Assembly (NCBI RefSeq): GCF_006345805.1 | Contig: NW_021832116.1 | Coordinates: 1 to 36,662 of the forward strand | Direction: 5' to 3' | DNA: 36,662 nucleotides | Source of the DNA: Octopus sinensis | Lineage: Eukaryota | Part shown: in pieces, positions 12,130 to 24,137 of the stretch | Layout of the letters: each line of letters begins with the position of its first letter | Position numbering within the stretch: the stretch's first letter is position 1 | Position numbers and translations under genes: made by a program | The notes under the pieces: generated by a model | Told to the model about the DNA's origin: nothing | What the model saw: the letters and a program-made list of their open reading frames with translations, nothing else | Databases searched by the model: none

Positions 12130-12332
12130 ACCACTCAATACTTACCATTCACAATCACCACAAGATGCAATAACACAAACCATGCAGTACATATCCTTTA
12201 CAATCACCGCGCGGTACTGGAACGCGAACCACACAACACATTGTACACAATCAACTCCCGATACTATAACACAAACCACGCAATACATACCCTTCATAAT
12301 CATCACATAATACTATAACACAACCCCTACAA
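12130..12332. repeat. Degenerate ~45-bp tandem repeat
   Basis: aacacaaaccatgcagtacatatcctttacaatcac vs aacacaaaccacgcaatacatacccttcataatcatc, with intermediate units. Confidence 0.55.
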
Positions 12333-12334
12333 CA

Positions 12335-12564
12335 CCAGTGGTTCTCAACCATTTTTTTTATCTTTGGATCCCTTTGATTCCTATTTCGCTCAACTGGACC
12401 CTCATAACCATTCATTATTCAAAAATCCTATTATATTTTTTATAATCAAATATTATAAGGAATTGTATTAAAAAAATGTTTATGCATTTTGTGTATTGTA
12501 GAACTATAACCAATTTATCATGCAATTTTACCTACAAAATCTTATATGGAACTCGAGAACCACT
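12335..12564. mobile_element. hAT (Charlie-like) MITE
   Basis: Termini cagtggttctcaa ... tcgagaaccacta form imperfect TIRs around an AT-rich interior. Confidence 0.6.
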
Positions 12565-12571
12565 ATTCTAC

Positions 12572-12675
12572 AAGTTAATGATCGTCTTCGTCCAAATATC
12601 TTCATTTAAAAATACCATTTTGCGTATAAAGATTTGTTATGCCTGCTTTATTTGACATTCTTGTTTGTATTGTTG
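12572..12675 (+). repeat. 104-bp direct repeat, copy 1 (copy 2 at 15348-15451)
   Basis: Two mismatches in 104 bp by direct comparison. Confidence 0.9.
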
Positions 12676-13237
12676 TATTGTCATTTCACACAGTGTATAC
12701 GTTACATACTTGCCATCCGGTAAATTAAGACGACCTATATTTAATAGTGTTGCAAAGGTCCTCAGGACACAGATCTAAGGGACACAAAAACTTAAGATGT
12801 ATGATAGGCAAAAGAAAATTTCGTGCTTCTTCGTACTTAAGCTGTGTGACCACTCTTTCCCTGTTGCAACACATTTGTTACTCCCTTGCTCTTCTGCTCG
12901 CACGATACATAATCTATACAAACATCATCCAACAAATACCATAACCCAAAATACCACAACGCATGATGTATAGAATTACCACCAAATAAGGGATCACGAG
13001 AAATACGCTTCACCGAAGTTTCTCAAACTGCGGTGAGCGTACCCCTACGGGTACGCAAAAGTATTGAATTTGCGATGGTACTCGAGTTTTGTAAAAACAC
13101 TGGAATTATTAAGTAATCCCAACAAATTAAATACATCTCATGTGTCTGCAGCGTGTGGCGAACTTTTTGCTGTTCCCATTCACTTATCAATGTTTTTAAC
13201 AATGTTTATAACTAAAAGTGTGTGTCTGTATGTGTGC

Positions 13238-13540
13238 TGAGAAGGCATCAGGGTCCCTATACGACTATGTAGGCTCCTAAGACAACAAGTGAAAGCATCA
13301 TGCAAGCTATCGGATGATACTCACTTTCGAGTGGCAGTTAAACGTTGTTTTGTATGTGTTGTATTTGTTGTGTAGTTTAGTATTATCGGCTGCTTATGCT
13401 GGGCAGAGGTTCATAAACTTTCTAATCTGATGTACGCCATTTTGTCCGGCAGTGTTGACGTACCCACCTGAAGAATATTACGTAAAATTCTATAGAAAAG
13501 ACAAGCATATTTTTTCCTTTTAATTTAATGTAAAAAAAAA
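13238..13540 (-). repeat. Left arm of ~300-bp inverted duplication; contains minus-strand exon-like unit 13467-13394, (G)GYVNTAGQNGVHQIRKFMNLCPA*
   Basis: Revcomp of 14065-14375, roughly 80-85% identical by eye. Acceptor aatattcttcag| conserved in both arms. Confidence 0.85.
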
Positions 13541-13844
13541 GAAGAATTAGTAAGCTGGCAGAATCGTTAGCATATATATTTCGTGTCAGTTGAGAATGAT
13601 ATGTAGTAGAGTGTGCCTCCTGAAAATATGCCAAGAATTGAGTTACATGTAAACAAGAGCCTAACTAATCCATCTCATTAAAAATGCAACATTAAATTAT
13701 TTGAATGTGATTTCTTATATATAGGCACAAGGCCAGAATACTTTTGTTGATTATATCATCCAGCTTTCTTGATTGGAACTTTATTTTATCGTTCTCGAAA
13801 GGATCGACGGCAAATTTGACCCCAGTAGGTTTCACATTAAATTA

Positions 13845-14056
13845 GTTTCAAATTTTGACACAAGGCCAGTAAGTTCCGGGGAGGGGTAAGGCAACTACAT
13901 TGACCCCCAGTGCTCAGACGGTACGTATTTTATTGACCGAGATAGAATGAAAGGCAAAGTCGGCTTCGGCGAAATTTCAACTCAGAACGTATGACGGACG
14001 AAATTTCGCAAAGGATTTTGTCCGGCATGCTAACGATTCTGCCAGCTTACTGCCTA
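13845..14056 (-). mobile_element. SINE family B in the spacer of the inverted duplication
   Basis: gaaaggcaaagtcgg..cggcgaaatttcaactcagaacgt..gctaacgattctgccagctt. Confidence 0.8.
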
Positions 14057-14150
14057 ATTCTTTACCTTTGTTTTTTTTCTTTTACATTAAATCAAAAAGA
14101 AAATATATGCTTGTTGTCTTTTTTATAGTATTTTACATAATATTCTTCAG

Positions 14151-14206
14151 ATGGATACGCCAACACTGCTGGACAAAATGGCGGACATCTGAATAAAAGT
14201 TTATGA
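14151..14206 (+). CDS. Candidate terminal coding exon, (D)GYANTAGQNGGHLNKSL*
   Basis: Acceptor ttttacataatattcttcag|, phase 1 like the upstream candidates. Lies in the right arm (14065-14375) of the inverted duplication. Confidence 0.4.
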
Positions 14207-14469
14207 ACCTCTACCCAGCATAAGCAGCCGATAATACTAAACTATACAACTAACACAACACATACAAAACAACGTTTAACTGCCACTCGAAAATGAGTAT
14301 CATCCGATAGCTTGTCCGACGCTTTCACTTGTCTTACGTACATACATAGTCGTGTACGGACTCTGGCAACTTCTCAGCTTGTGTACCTTTGATCCACTGG
14401 CACATCTGAGATGTGACAGCTGAAGAAAAAGAGGACAGCACAGGTATCGGCAGTTATACGTTCTCAGGT

Positions 14470-14598
14470 GAGCTGACAGAAGCAACGTGAAATGAAGTGC
14501 TTTACTCAATGACACAATGCGCCGCCTGGTCTAGGGATCGAACACATGCCGTTATATTGGCGTTCCGAATATGATAACCACTAAGCTAACCGTCTTCA
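14470..14598 (-). mobile_element. SINE family C 5' fragment
   Basis: gcaacgtgaaatgaagtgcttt.ctca..gacacaa..gc..gggatcgaac shared with 11080-11150. Confidence 0.65.
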
Positions 14599-15239
14599 TG
14601 GAAACACCATTAATACTCATCAACAGAATACATTTCATATTATTCATATTTTACAGAACAAAATGTAAAACAAAAAATACTAAAAAGATCAGTAGCAAAA
14701 ATTCGGTTACATATTTTTATATATTGCATATTTTTATGCACGCGTGCATGTGTGTAAAGAATACAGATACGGTGCACGGAGTATCACGTTCGTAAAATAC
14801 ATTGTTGCACATTTTTTTGAGAGGCGGTGTGCAACCGGCGGTGCAGCATAAATTCACATGAGATTGTTGAGGGCTGGATGATAAATATTAACTCGCCACA
14901 TTTTGAAAACAAATAAATAAGATATAAAGACTAAATGTTAAACAACGGGACCAGTTCTGGTTAGTTTGACTCCCCGGCCCCTAACCTTTGTAAACGATTT
15001 TATAATATATCATATGTGTTAAAAACACTAATATGTGTGTGCGTGCGCGCGTGCGTGTGTTTATGCATATGAATGTATGTATGCATGTATATATTTATTT
15101 ATGTATGTATGTGTATGTATATGTGTGTGTATGTATGTATATTTGTTTTCATATTATACATTATATACCGCCTTATATTATTATATTTTGTGATGGATTA
15201 CACAGGAATAAAAAAAATATCGTCAAAGAACAACAACTA

Positions 15240-15273
<34 letters not shown>

Positions 15274-15298
15274 CTTAATAATAATAATAAAAATAATA

Positions 15299-15335
<37 letters not shown>

Positions 15336-15347
15336 GTAATAGTAATA

Positions 15348-15451
15348 AAGTTAATGATCGCCTTCGTCCAAATATCTTCATTTAAAAATACCATTTTGCG
15401 TATAAAGATTTGTTATGCCTGCTTTATTTGACATTTTTGTTTGTATTGTTG
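15348..15451 (+). repeat. 104-bp direct repeat, copy 2, preceded by (AAT)n 15238-15335
   Basis: About 98% identical to 12572-12675. Confidence 0.9.
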
Positions 15452-15772
15452 CCATATTTCTTTTTTTTTCTTTTTGCTTTCCTGCTGTATTTAAACAATG
15501 ATATCGTGTATTTATTTATAGCTGTATGTCGTTGTTATTCTTCTTCGTCTTCTTTTTGTTCTTGTTAGACATGGTTGTGGTTGTGATGGTGGTGGTGGTG
15601 GTCTTTGGTGTTACTTTTGTTATTCTATTGATCTGTTTGCTTTTTTTTATATTTTCCTTTTATTTAGTTATTTATTGGATATATTATTGTTGATATCTGT
15701 TTCAACATATGAGGATGGGTTTTTTTATTCTTCGTTTCTTATGATTTATATCATTGAGGAATATGCGTGAAC

Positions 15773-15773
<1 letters not shown>

Positions 15774-15863
<90 letters not shown>

Positions 15864-15864
15864 A

Positions 15865-15901
<37 letters not shown>

Positions 15902-15926
15902 AATATCTCTTTCTCTCTCTCTCTCA

Positions 15927-15962
<36 letters not shown>

Positions 15963-15985
15963 CTACATAATATATATATATATAC

Positions 15986-16081
<96 letters not shown>

Positions 16082-16150
16082 TATATACATGTATGTATAT
16101 ATATGTAAATATATTATTATTTTATTACTATTATTATTATTATTATTATT
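15774..16150. repeat. (TCTA)n-(CT)n-(TA)n-(TAT)n compound microsatellite
   Basis: Direct reading. Confidence 0.95.
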
Positions 16151-16231
16151 GTTATTATTATTATCATTATTATTTCTTTCTATCGCGGGTTTTGTTGGAA
16201 CTCCTCGAGTTTTGCATGTGCGTAGCGGGCT

Positions 16232-16759
16232 GCGAAAGTTTTTTCTTTTCCCACGAGAATTCAGGACTCCAGTTATGAACTCATTTGCATACAGCCAATC
16301 GGAGCTCAACTATGAAACTAATTTATGAGCGCATAACAAGTGATGAGCAATAAGATAAGGTCACTCGGGTAAGGAATGACCATGCTTCTCTTCTCTTGTT
16401 TCAAACATGGCTACCTCTGCGTAGTTATTTTTGTTGTTGTTTACATAGTAAAATAGTAAGGAGAGAGGGTTGCTAGCACATCACCCCCTACCCACATTTT
16501 TCCCATTCACATCTTTACCATATGGGGCCCCTAACAAAATCCGATAATAGGTATAGATGCAAATCTATCTAATTACTTGTCTCCTTCTAAGATCAGGCAT
16601 AACTTGGCGATCGGTCGACTTACAACACCGTTCTTCTTCCTGAGTTTATTTGGTAGAGTGTGTTGGTTAACTTCGCAACAAGCTCAAGGTGAGCTCTGAT
16701 TGGTTGTATGCAAATGAGTTCATTGCTGGGGTCCGGAACTCTCGTGGGTAAAATTTCGC
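16232..16759. mobile_element. Element bounded by ~75-bp inverted repeats (MITE-like), each arm carrying octamer and CCAAT motifs
   Basis: 16232-16308 vs revcomp of 16690-16759: cccacgaga.ttc.ggac.ccag..atgaactcatttgcataca.ccaatc.gagctca. Confidence 0.7.
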
Positions 16760-16837
16760 TAGCAGGCTTGCCACCTACCACCTACGATACCATGCTATCT
16801 GTTCTTTTCATCTGTCAAATACAAGTTCAGGTCTCTC

Positions 16838-16892
<55 letters not shown>

Positions 16893-17680
16893 GACACACA
16901 CATACCCATACATACACACACACATATATATATATCGAACAAACTCAGCATTAACCTTTAAGTGACACATTTTATTGACAAAAATATAGAGCGAATATTA
17001 GCGCATAAGCGTATACGTACACACACACGCACATGTATACGCGCATATAATATGATTTCTCAAATACGCATGCACGCATACATACACGTATACACAAAGA
17101 CGTTCAGATACAGTCTCTCTCTCTCTCTCTCATTCATAAATTCATACACATAACACGTACACACATACACATCTACACATGCACATCTAACATTGTCTAC
17201 TCACTCAAGCAAGTAGACATACACCCACAGATAGATAGGCACACACAAAATGTCTGTGTTTCTCGTAAAGTCACACAGAAGTACGTGCACAAACACGTAT
17301 ACATGCGCCTTCACGTACACACACATACACACACATACACATACACACACAGACGCATACTCTCACACACGCACACATACATGCAAGAAGTCAAACGCTC
17401 AGACGGGCATACGAAACCAGTAAGATTGATATGAGATAATGGCAGTAAAAGATTAAACGAGAATGTCAGGAAAATATGTAATAAACCTTTATGCGGTCGC
17501 GAATCGGTTGTCAGTGAAAACGAGGCGATACTTTTCTGATCTTCCTTTGCAGCATATGTTTACGGCCTAGTTACAGCTGTTGAAGTTTAGCCCTGGGTCA
17601 ACCCTGATCAAGCTGAGAGGCCTATATTCAAAAGCTTGCCAGCACTAATCAATCTTTTTTATTTATTTATTGCTAATGAA

Positions 17681-17838
17681 TAGCTGAGTGGTTAATTAGT
17701 TCGCTTTGCAGCTACAGGATATCGGGTTCAGTCTCATTGCGTGGAACTTTACACAAGTGCCTTCTACTATAATAATCCCGGACTGACCAATGCCTTGCGA
17801 GTGAATTTGCTTGACGGAAACTGTGTGGAAGCTGGTCG
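17681..17838 (+). mobile_element. SINE family A 5' part
   Basis: gggttcagtctcattgcgtgg...aagtgccttctactata...gccttgcgagtgaatttg..gacggaaactg. Confidence 0.75.
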
Positions 17839-18084
17839 TATATATATATATTATTCACAATTTGTATTCCTGTATGTTATATTTTAATAATTACTGGTAT
17901 CTTTATATATTAATATATTTTATATGGAAAGCGTAATATGTTATACATGTATGTATAGTCTTGTAATTGTCATTTTAGTAAATAAATAAATAAATTGACA
18001 TAATATAATGTCTAAAAGTTGATGAACCACCTATTGATCCCCTCCATTTTCTTATTGCTCTCTCTCTCTCTCTCTCTCTCTCTG

Positions 18085-18300
18085 TATGTATACATACATA
18101 CATACATACATACATACATACATACATACATACATACATACATACATACATACATACATACATACATACATACATACATACATACATACATACATACATA
18201 CATACATACATACATACATACATACATACATACATACATACATACATACATACATACATACATACATACATACATACATACATACATACATACATACATA
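18085..18300. repeat. Perfect (CATA)n microsatellite, ~54 units
   Basis: Direct reading. Confidence 0.95.
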
Positions 18301-18494
18301 AATGAATGATAAACGGAAGAAGACAGCAAAGGAAAATCATGCATTCGAAGTCAAGAGAACGCCTAAAGTAAGAAATCATCACTGAAACACGAATTATTCG
18401 TCGTTATGATTCATAAAAACAAAGAAAAAATAACAATAAACGAATTATCAAATGATAACGGGAGACAAAGGCAAATACACACATAGGAAACATA

Positions 18495-18652
18495 CGTTGG
18501 GCTTCCACAGATTTTCTGCGTACGAATTTCACTCACGATTCGGCTCGGGAAAATAGTTGAAAACACATGCCTAGGATGCCATGCAGAGAACTGAAACCGA
18601 AACCATGTTGTTATAGAGCGAGCTTCTTACCCACATAGCCATAAGCCATACC
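18495..18652 (-). mobile_element. SINE family A 5' part, diverged
   Basis: gggcttccacag..tttct..gaatttcactcac...gaaaccatgttg..gcgagcttcttacccacatagcc. Confidence 0.65.
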
Positions 18653-18730
18653 TGTTTCTCTATTGTATGTGTTTTTAATATATATACTTATATACATAAT
18701 ATATTATATGTATATATATAATATCTATAT

Positions 18731-18770
<40 letters not shown>

Positions 18771-18780
18771 TATATATCTA

Positions 18781-18828
<48 letters not shown>

Positions 18829-19092
18829 ATATATATAATATATATACATATATATATTATATACTGAGGGTGAAAATGGATATTAATTTGATAACATCAA
18901 TTTTAACACCAGTGGTCTAGCATATAAAAAAAACTGAGATTCAGTAAATAGTATTTCATGCATAAATAGAAGACCATAGCGGATCTTCTTCTAGCATAAG
19001 GGTTTCCACATAGTGGTTAAAAAAAATCCCACTTATATATATATATATATATATCTTATATATATATATATATATAATATATATATATAGTA

Positions 19093-19140
<48 letters not shown>

Positions 19141-19149
19141 GTTGTGTAT

Positions 19150-19880
19150 CTTTTCGTTATTGATTTCATTATGGTTTGAGATACGTTTTGATATCGTTTG
19201 TCATTTTTCTTCTCCCATGTTGTTGCTTGGATTTCGATATTTTATATAAATAGATCCGAGAATAAACCCACTTTTCCTTTGTAATTATTTTAGCTGTTGC
19301 ATATATTATTTCGTTTAACCCGGTAATATTGATGTTCTTGTCTGTTTTCATTAAGTCTGCTATGGTCTAGGTTTTTTCTTTTTTTCTTTCTTTTTTTGGC
19401 ATTTTTGTAACTATTTAGTCTTTAAGCTTTATCTTTGGGGGGGAAGGGGTGGTAATTTTGTTAGTCCATAGGAAAATCTATTGATTTTAATTCTTCAGCT
19501 GTTTCCATATTTAGTTGTATGTCACACATTTTCCATCATTACAATTTCTGTCCTTAAGATTTTCTCTTCCCATTTATTTATATTTTTGTTTGTTTATAAT
19601 CAGTATTCTGTGAATGTTCTAGAATTTTTAGTTTTGTCGTGTTTTGTTATTTAATTTGATGTGCACGTGTTAGGTCTATCCTCGTGATATATGCTTTGAA
19701 TTTTATTTTTATTTCTGTATTTTGTATTTATTTATGTTTTCGGTATGTGATATTTATTTTAAGTGTTCTAATTTTACGTCTGATACCAAAATTTGCTCGA
19801 CGAGGTTTTTGTCAAAGGATGCTGGCATACGGCTTCATTCCCTATAAAAGTCGGCTACCGCAGATTTCCAGTTAGATCGG
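19150..19880 (-). mobile_element. Decayed R4/Dong-type LINE ORF fragment
   Basis: Minus frame LMKTDKNINITGLNEIIYATAKIIT..KQQHGRRKMTNDIK resembles the R4-clade 'ITETNxLIYAxAxVIT...PPWKRR' region. Many stops and frameshifts. Confidence 0.55.
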
Positions 19881-20427
19881 TGTCCTATTTCCAGCAGAAG
19901 ATTAGCCTGGAACCCAAACAACTCAGAAAGCCACCAAAGAGGTAACCATGACCCATGACGGTGAATTAAATTCAAATTTGCTGTGGTGTGAGAGCAAATT
20001 GAACCCTTCTGAAAACGAAGACTAATTCAGTCTTCGCTATTGCTCTCGGGTGAAACGTTCAAGCTAAGCGGCAAAACTCTTGTGACTCTGAGATACCTGC
20101 TGATAATACGGGGAAGTTTTTCTGACACTTCCAGGGATTCAGAAGAGTTTGCAATACCGATGAGTAGCTCTTGCAGTTTCAGCATTAGGCAAAGCATCTA
20201 GAATGTTTATTCCGCGTTGATTTTGTGAAAATATCTCCTGAAGATCTATCGTTGCGTCTAGTTCATTGTTATTTTCTCTCCGGATCATTCCCAAACGTAC
20301 TGCATTTTGGAGCGGAGTATGGATGTAATAAAATATTACTGCATCGACCAAAGCATCTTGTCCTAGTTTGCTTTGTTTCATTGCATTCACAGTTGGACAA
20401 ATACAGTTGGATCGATGCTGGAATTTC

Positions 20428-20487
<60 letters not shown>

Positions 20488-20502
20488 TACATATACATAT
20501 AC

Positions 20503-20536
<34 letters not shown>

Positions 20537-20999
20537 ATATACATATACATATACACACACACATATATATATATATACACATAACATGTGTATATGTTAA
20601 AAAATCTGCGAGTTTATATGTGTTGACATACATGCATTTATCTCTGTGCGTAGAGAGACAAATGAAGAGAAAGTAAGGATGCGTTATAGATAGAAAGATG
20701 TAGAAAGACAGATAAATGTCGATAGATACGGACAGCTATATAATTAGATACAGAAAGATATACACAAATACGCGTACGTGCACATAGAGGAGACGTATGC
20801 ACGGGCACATGTGTGCGTACACAAATTCATACAAGTACATAAGTCTCTATATATACGCTCAGACGACAGCCCGTTTAACACATGTCTGGAGAGATGTTTA
20901 TTTCAAATCTCAATCATTGCTTGCATATATGCATAAATTACTCTGCACACATACATGCAGTATATGTATGTTTGCGTTTGTGTGTGTATGTGTGAGTGC

Positions 21000-21030
<31 letters not shown>

Positions 21031-21189
21031 ATATACATGCATACACAGAGGCTGCGTTATATAAACTGTCGTCTAAATTATGCAAAAGTGAATATAACAC
21101 TGACATCTTTTAACAGATATATTTACCAAAATTACATAAAAGTATCTTGAAATACTGAAGAGTAAATCTATTCAATAAAATTGCCATTG

Positions 21190-21670
21190 GCTTCAACCAC
21201 TGCCTTCAGACGACTTCGAAGTCACCTGCAGCTATTCTGGACGGTCTCCTTGTTTAAGTTGGTGAATGCTGCCAAAACCCTTGCCTTCGGTTAATCTTTG
21301 GTGTTACAAGTAGTTTTGTTGGTCTCTCGCTCACTGCGCTCCATACATAATAATAAAGTGGCAGTTAAGTGGCCAGATGTTAGGGGTGATGTGGTCCCAG
21401 AAATTGTCTGACAGCCATGATTGGGTTTTCCATCTTGTGTGACAAGGTGCGGAGTCCTGTTGCCAGACATAGGGTCTTCCAGCAGTCACCCTCTTCAACC
21501 AGGGCAGCACTACCTCCTCCAGGCCCTTGATGTAGGCTTCTATGTTGAAGGTGAGGCCGTATAAGAAGATGAATGGAGGTATAACGTCGCCATCACTAGT
21601 GATCACTGCATGATATTGTCTGTATATGTTTGCTTTTTATCACTCTCGGTACATGTCCTCAGATTGACGC
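21190..21670 (-). mobile_element. Tc1/mariner (DD37D/maT-like) transposase pseudogene fragment
   Basis: ITSDGDVIPPFIF..NIEAYIKGLEEVVLPWLKRVTAGRPYVWQQDSAPCHT..TQSWLSDNFWDHITPNIWP. The QQD(S/N)APxH catalytic-Asp motif is present, and the PPxSPD region is deleted. Confidence 0.85.
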
Positions 21671-22355
21671 CCAAACAGTCTGATGTGTGTGTGTATGTGT
21701 GTGTGTGTATGCCTGTATATATGTGTGTATATATAAGTATGTATATATAAATACACACACACAGATATACATATATATATATGTATATATATATGCTATC
21801 AGTTTCTCAGCTTTATGCATCTATGCATATTAATCGCTGTTTCTTTCCCAGAGGATGTCTTTTCTATATATGCTTCGCATCTCTACGCACATTCTTAAAC
21901 ATAGGAATATCATAGATCGACAAATTTTATATGGAAATGTATACACGGACCCAGACATGCACATATACTAGAAGATTGCATTGATGTATATAATACCCCT
22001 TCTCCCACCAGATACACAGACATACACACACACAGAGGCCCATACACATATATAAATATGTGCAATAATAATTTGATTCAGCTCTGTGCAACTTCAAGTT
22101 TCATGTGCGTGTGTGTGTTTAGGTATGTATGGATTTGTAAGCATACATATACAGAACCATGCGCCTTGCGCAATGCAAATTTTTACATACAAACAAAATT
22201 ATCCATTTATCTGCGTGTGTGTGTGTGCAGGTGTGGTGTGTGTAGTGTGTGTGAGTGTATATATATATATATTATATTATATATATTATATATCTTATAT
22301 ATATATTATATTTAGTCGTTGTATATATTTGCGTGAGTATTTGTATATGCTATAG

Positions 22356-22437
<82 letters not shown>

Positions 22438-22894
22438 GTAGATAGACAGACAGATAGGTCTGTATATGTATGGGTGTGTGCTTGATTGTCTGTCTTTGTA
22501 CACACAAGCACTACATCGCCACATGCAGCCTCACTTCCTCGAAGGATCAGAATTGCAAAAGCAAATCTGACAAATCAATGGCAGTCATTTTAAATGCTAC
22601 CACCACTGTTGTTTTACTTTTATAACTCTCTCTCTCCCCCTCTCTCTCGCCTTCTCTTTCCTTCTCTCTTTTTCCCCTTGAAGAAACGTCATCACTTTTC
22701 ACATTTATTCAGATTTAAACACTTGCTCTTGATATCTTCATAAGCTGTTATGATGGCTGTGATATTGTTTTTTCTGTGAGATAGCATTTGTAGTTATGTT
22801 AATAATTTAATACCAATATCAGATATATCAATATGTGTGTGTGGGTGTGTCTGTTTCTTTATATTTTAACCATCATCATATTTCCGACAACCAG

Positions 22895-23105
22895 GGTAGT
22901 GAGCTGGCAGAATCGTTAGCACGCCGGGTAAAATGTTTCTCTACACTTCGTCTGTTTTTACATTCAGTGTTCAAATTCCACCGAAGTCGACGTTGCCTTC
23001 AAGCCTTTGGGGACAATGAAATACAGCTACAGTTGAGTAGTGGGATCGATGAAATCGACTTAACCCCTCCTCCGAAATTGCTGGCTTTGCACCAACAGTT
23101 GAATC
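22895..23105 (+). mobile_element. SINE family B
   Basis: gtgagctggcagaatcgttagcacgccgggtaaaatg...ttcaaattccaccgaagtcgac. Confidence 0.8.
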
Positions 23106-23123
23106 TATTATTTATTATTATTA

Positions 23124-23160
<37 letters not shown>

Positions 23161-23164
<4 letters not shown>

Positions 23165-23423
23165 GTTAATTCGCCAGGCAAGATGATTAGGGTATTTCAT
23201 CTGCCGCTCCGTTCTGAGTTCAAATTCCGCCGAGGTCGACATTACTTTTCATCGTTTCGGGGTCGATAAATTAAGTACCAGTGAAACACTGGGGTCGATG
23301 TAATCGACTAGCCCCCTTCCCCCCACAAATTCAAGGCCTTGTGCCTTCAGTAGAAAGGATTATTGTTATTATTATTACCACTACTACTACTACTACTACT
23401 ACTATTATTATTATTATTATTGT

Positions 23424-23454
<31 letters not shown>

Positions 23455-23892
23455 ACTTTTATTACTATTATTAAAGATTATATAGGACTGAGGGAACTCC
23501 TCCAGAAGTTACAGGGAAATAAATAGATACAAGAGTGCCATAGTTATCAACCAATTTCACAAGATAACTATGGCACTCTATTTATTATTATTATTATTAT
23601 TATTATATTATTATTATTATTATTAGATTATATTAACTGTTAATTCGCCAGGCAAGATGATTAGGGTATTTCATCTGCCGCTCCGTTCTGAGTTCAATTC
23701 CGCCGAGGTCGACATTACTTTTCATCGTTTCGGGGTCGATAAATTAAGTACAGTGAAACACTGGGGTCGATGTAATCGACTAGCCCCCTTCCCCCCACAA
23801 ATTCAAGGCCTTGTGCTTCAGTAGAAAGGATATTGTATTATTATTACCACTACTACTACTACTACTACTACTATTATTATTATTATTATTGT

Positions 23893-23923
<31 letters not shown>

Positions 23924-24052
23924 ACTTTTATTACTATTATTAAAGATTATATAGAGACTGAGGGAACTCCTCCAGAAGTTACAGGGAAATAAATAGATAC
24001 AAGAGTGCCATAGTTATCAACCAATTTCACAAGATAACTATGGCACTCTATC

Positions 24053-24056
<4 letters not shown>
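23161..24056 (+). repeat. Tandem duplication of a ~470-bp unit (23161-23580 and 23635-24050), each with a SINE B copy, microsatellite and hairpin
   Basis: The non-microsatellite parts differ only by single-base indels (5 deletions, 1 insertion in copy 2). I saw no substitutions. Confidence 0.9.

Positions 24057-24060
<4 letters not shown>
23988..24060. other. Hairpin: perfect 17-bp stem plus 11-bp basal stem, 3-nt bulge, 14-nt loop (second copy at ~23518-23590)
   Basis: agagtgccatagttatc (24002-24018) / gataactatggcactct (24033-24049); aataaatagat / atctatttatt. Confidence 0.85.
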
Positions 24061-24134
<74 letters not shown>

Positions 24135-24137
24135 TAA

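Noticed and set aside
18300-18382. Minus ORF MMISYFRRSLDFECMIFLCCLLPFIIHL resembling a signal peptide or RRSLD cleavage site
   Set aside because: Runs straight into the (TATG)n array, which supplies the 'donor'. Similarity to the tachykinin signal peptide is only a few residues.
19893-20026. PGTQTTQKATKE...GELNSNLLWCESKL, superficially like recalled OctTK C-terminal segments
   Set aside because: An in-frame TAG precedes it, phases do not fit, my recall of that C-terminus is uncertain, and the segment abuts a decayed R4-type LINE that may explain it.
20139-20430. Non-repetitive parts of ORFs 20139..20633(-), 20225..20584(+) and 20269..20580(-)
   Set aside because: No recognisable domain. The ORF lengths come from the adjacent (TA)n tract, and several overlapping frames are equally open. 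Left unassigned.
22713-22775. 63-nt + strand segment with AG/GT ends starting (D)LN
   Set aside because: Three in-frame stops, and no homology to the other candidates beyond two residues.
24038-24052. tatggcact in the hairpin 3' arm matches the miR-183 family seed
   Set aside because: The rest of the arm does not resemble miR-183/263, so a short seed match is expected by chance.
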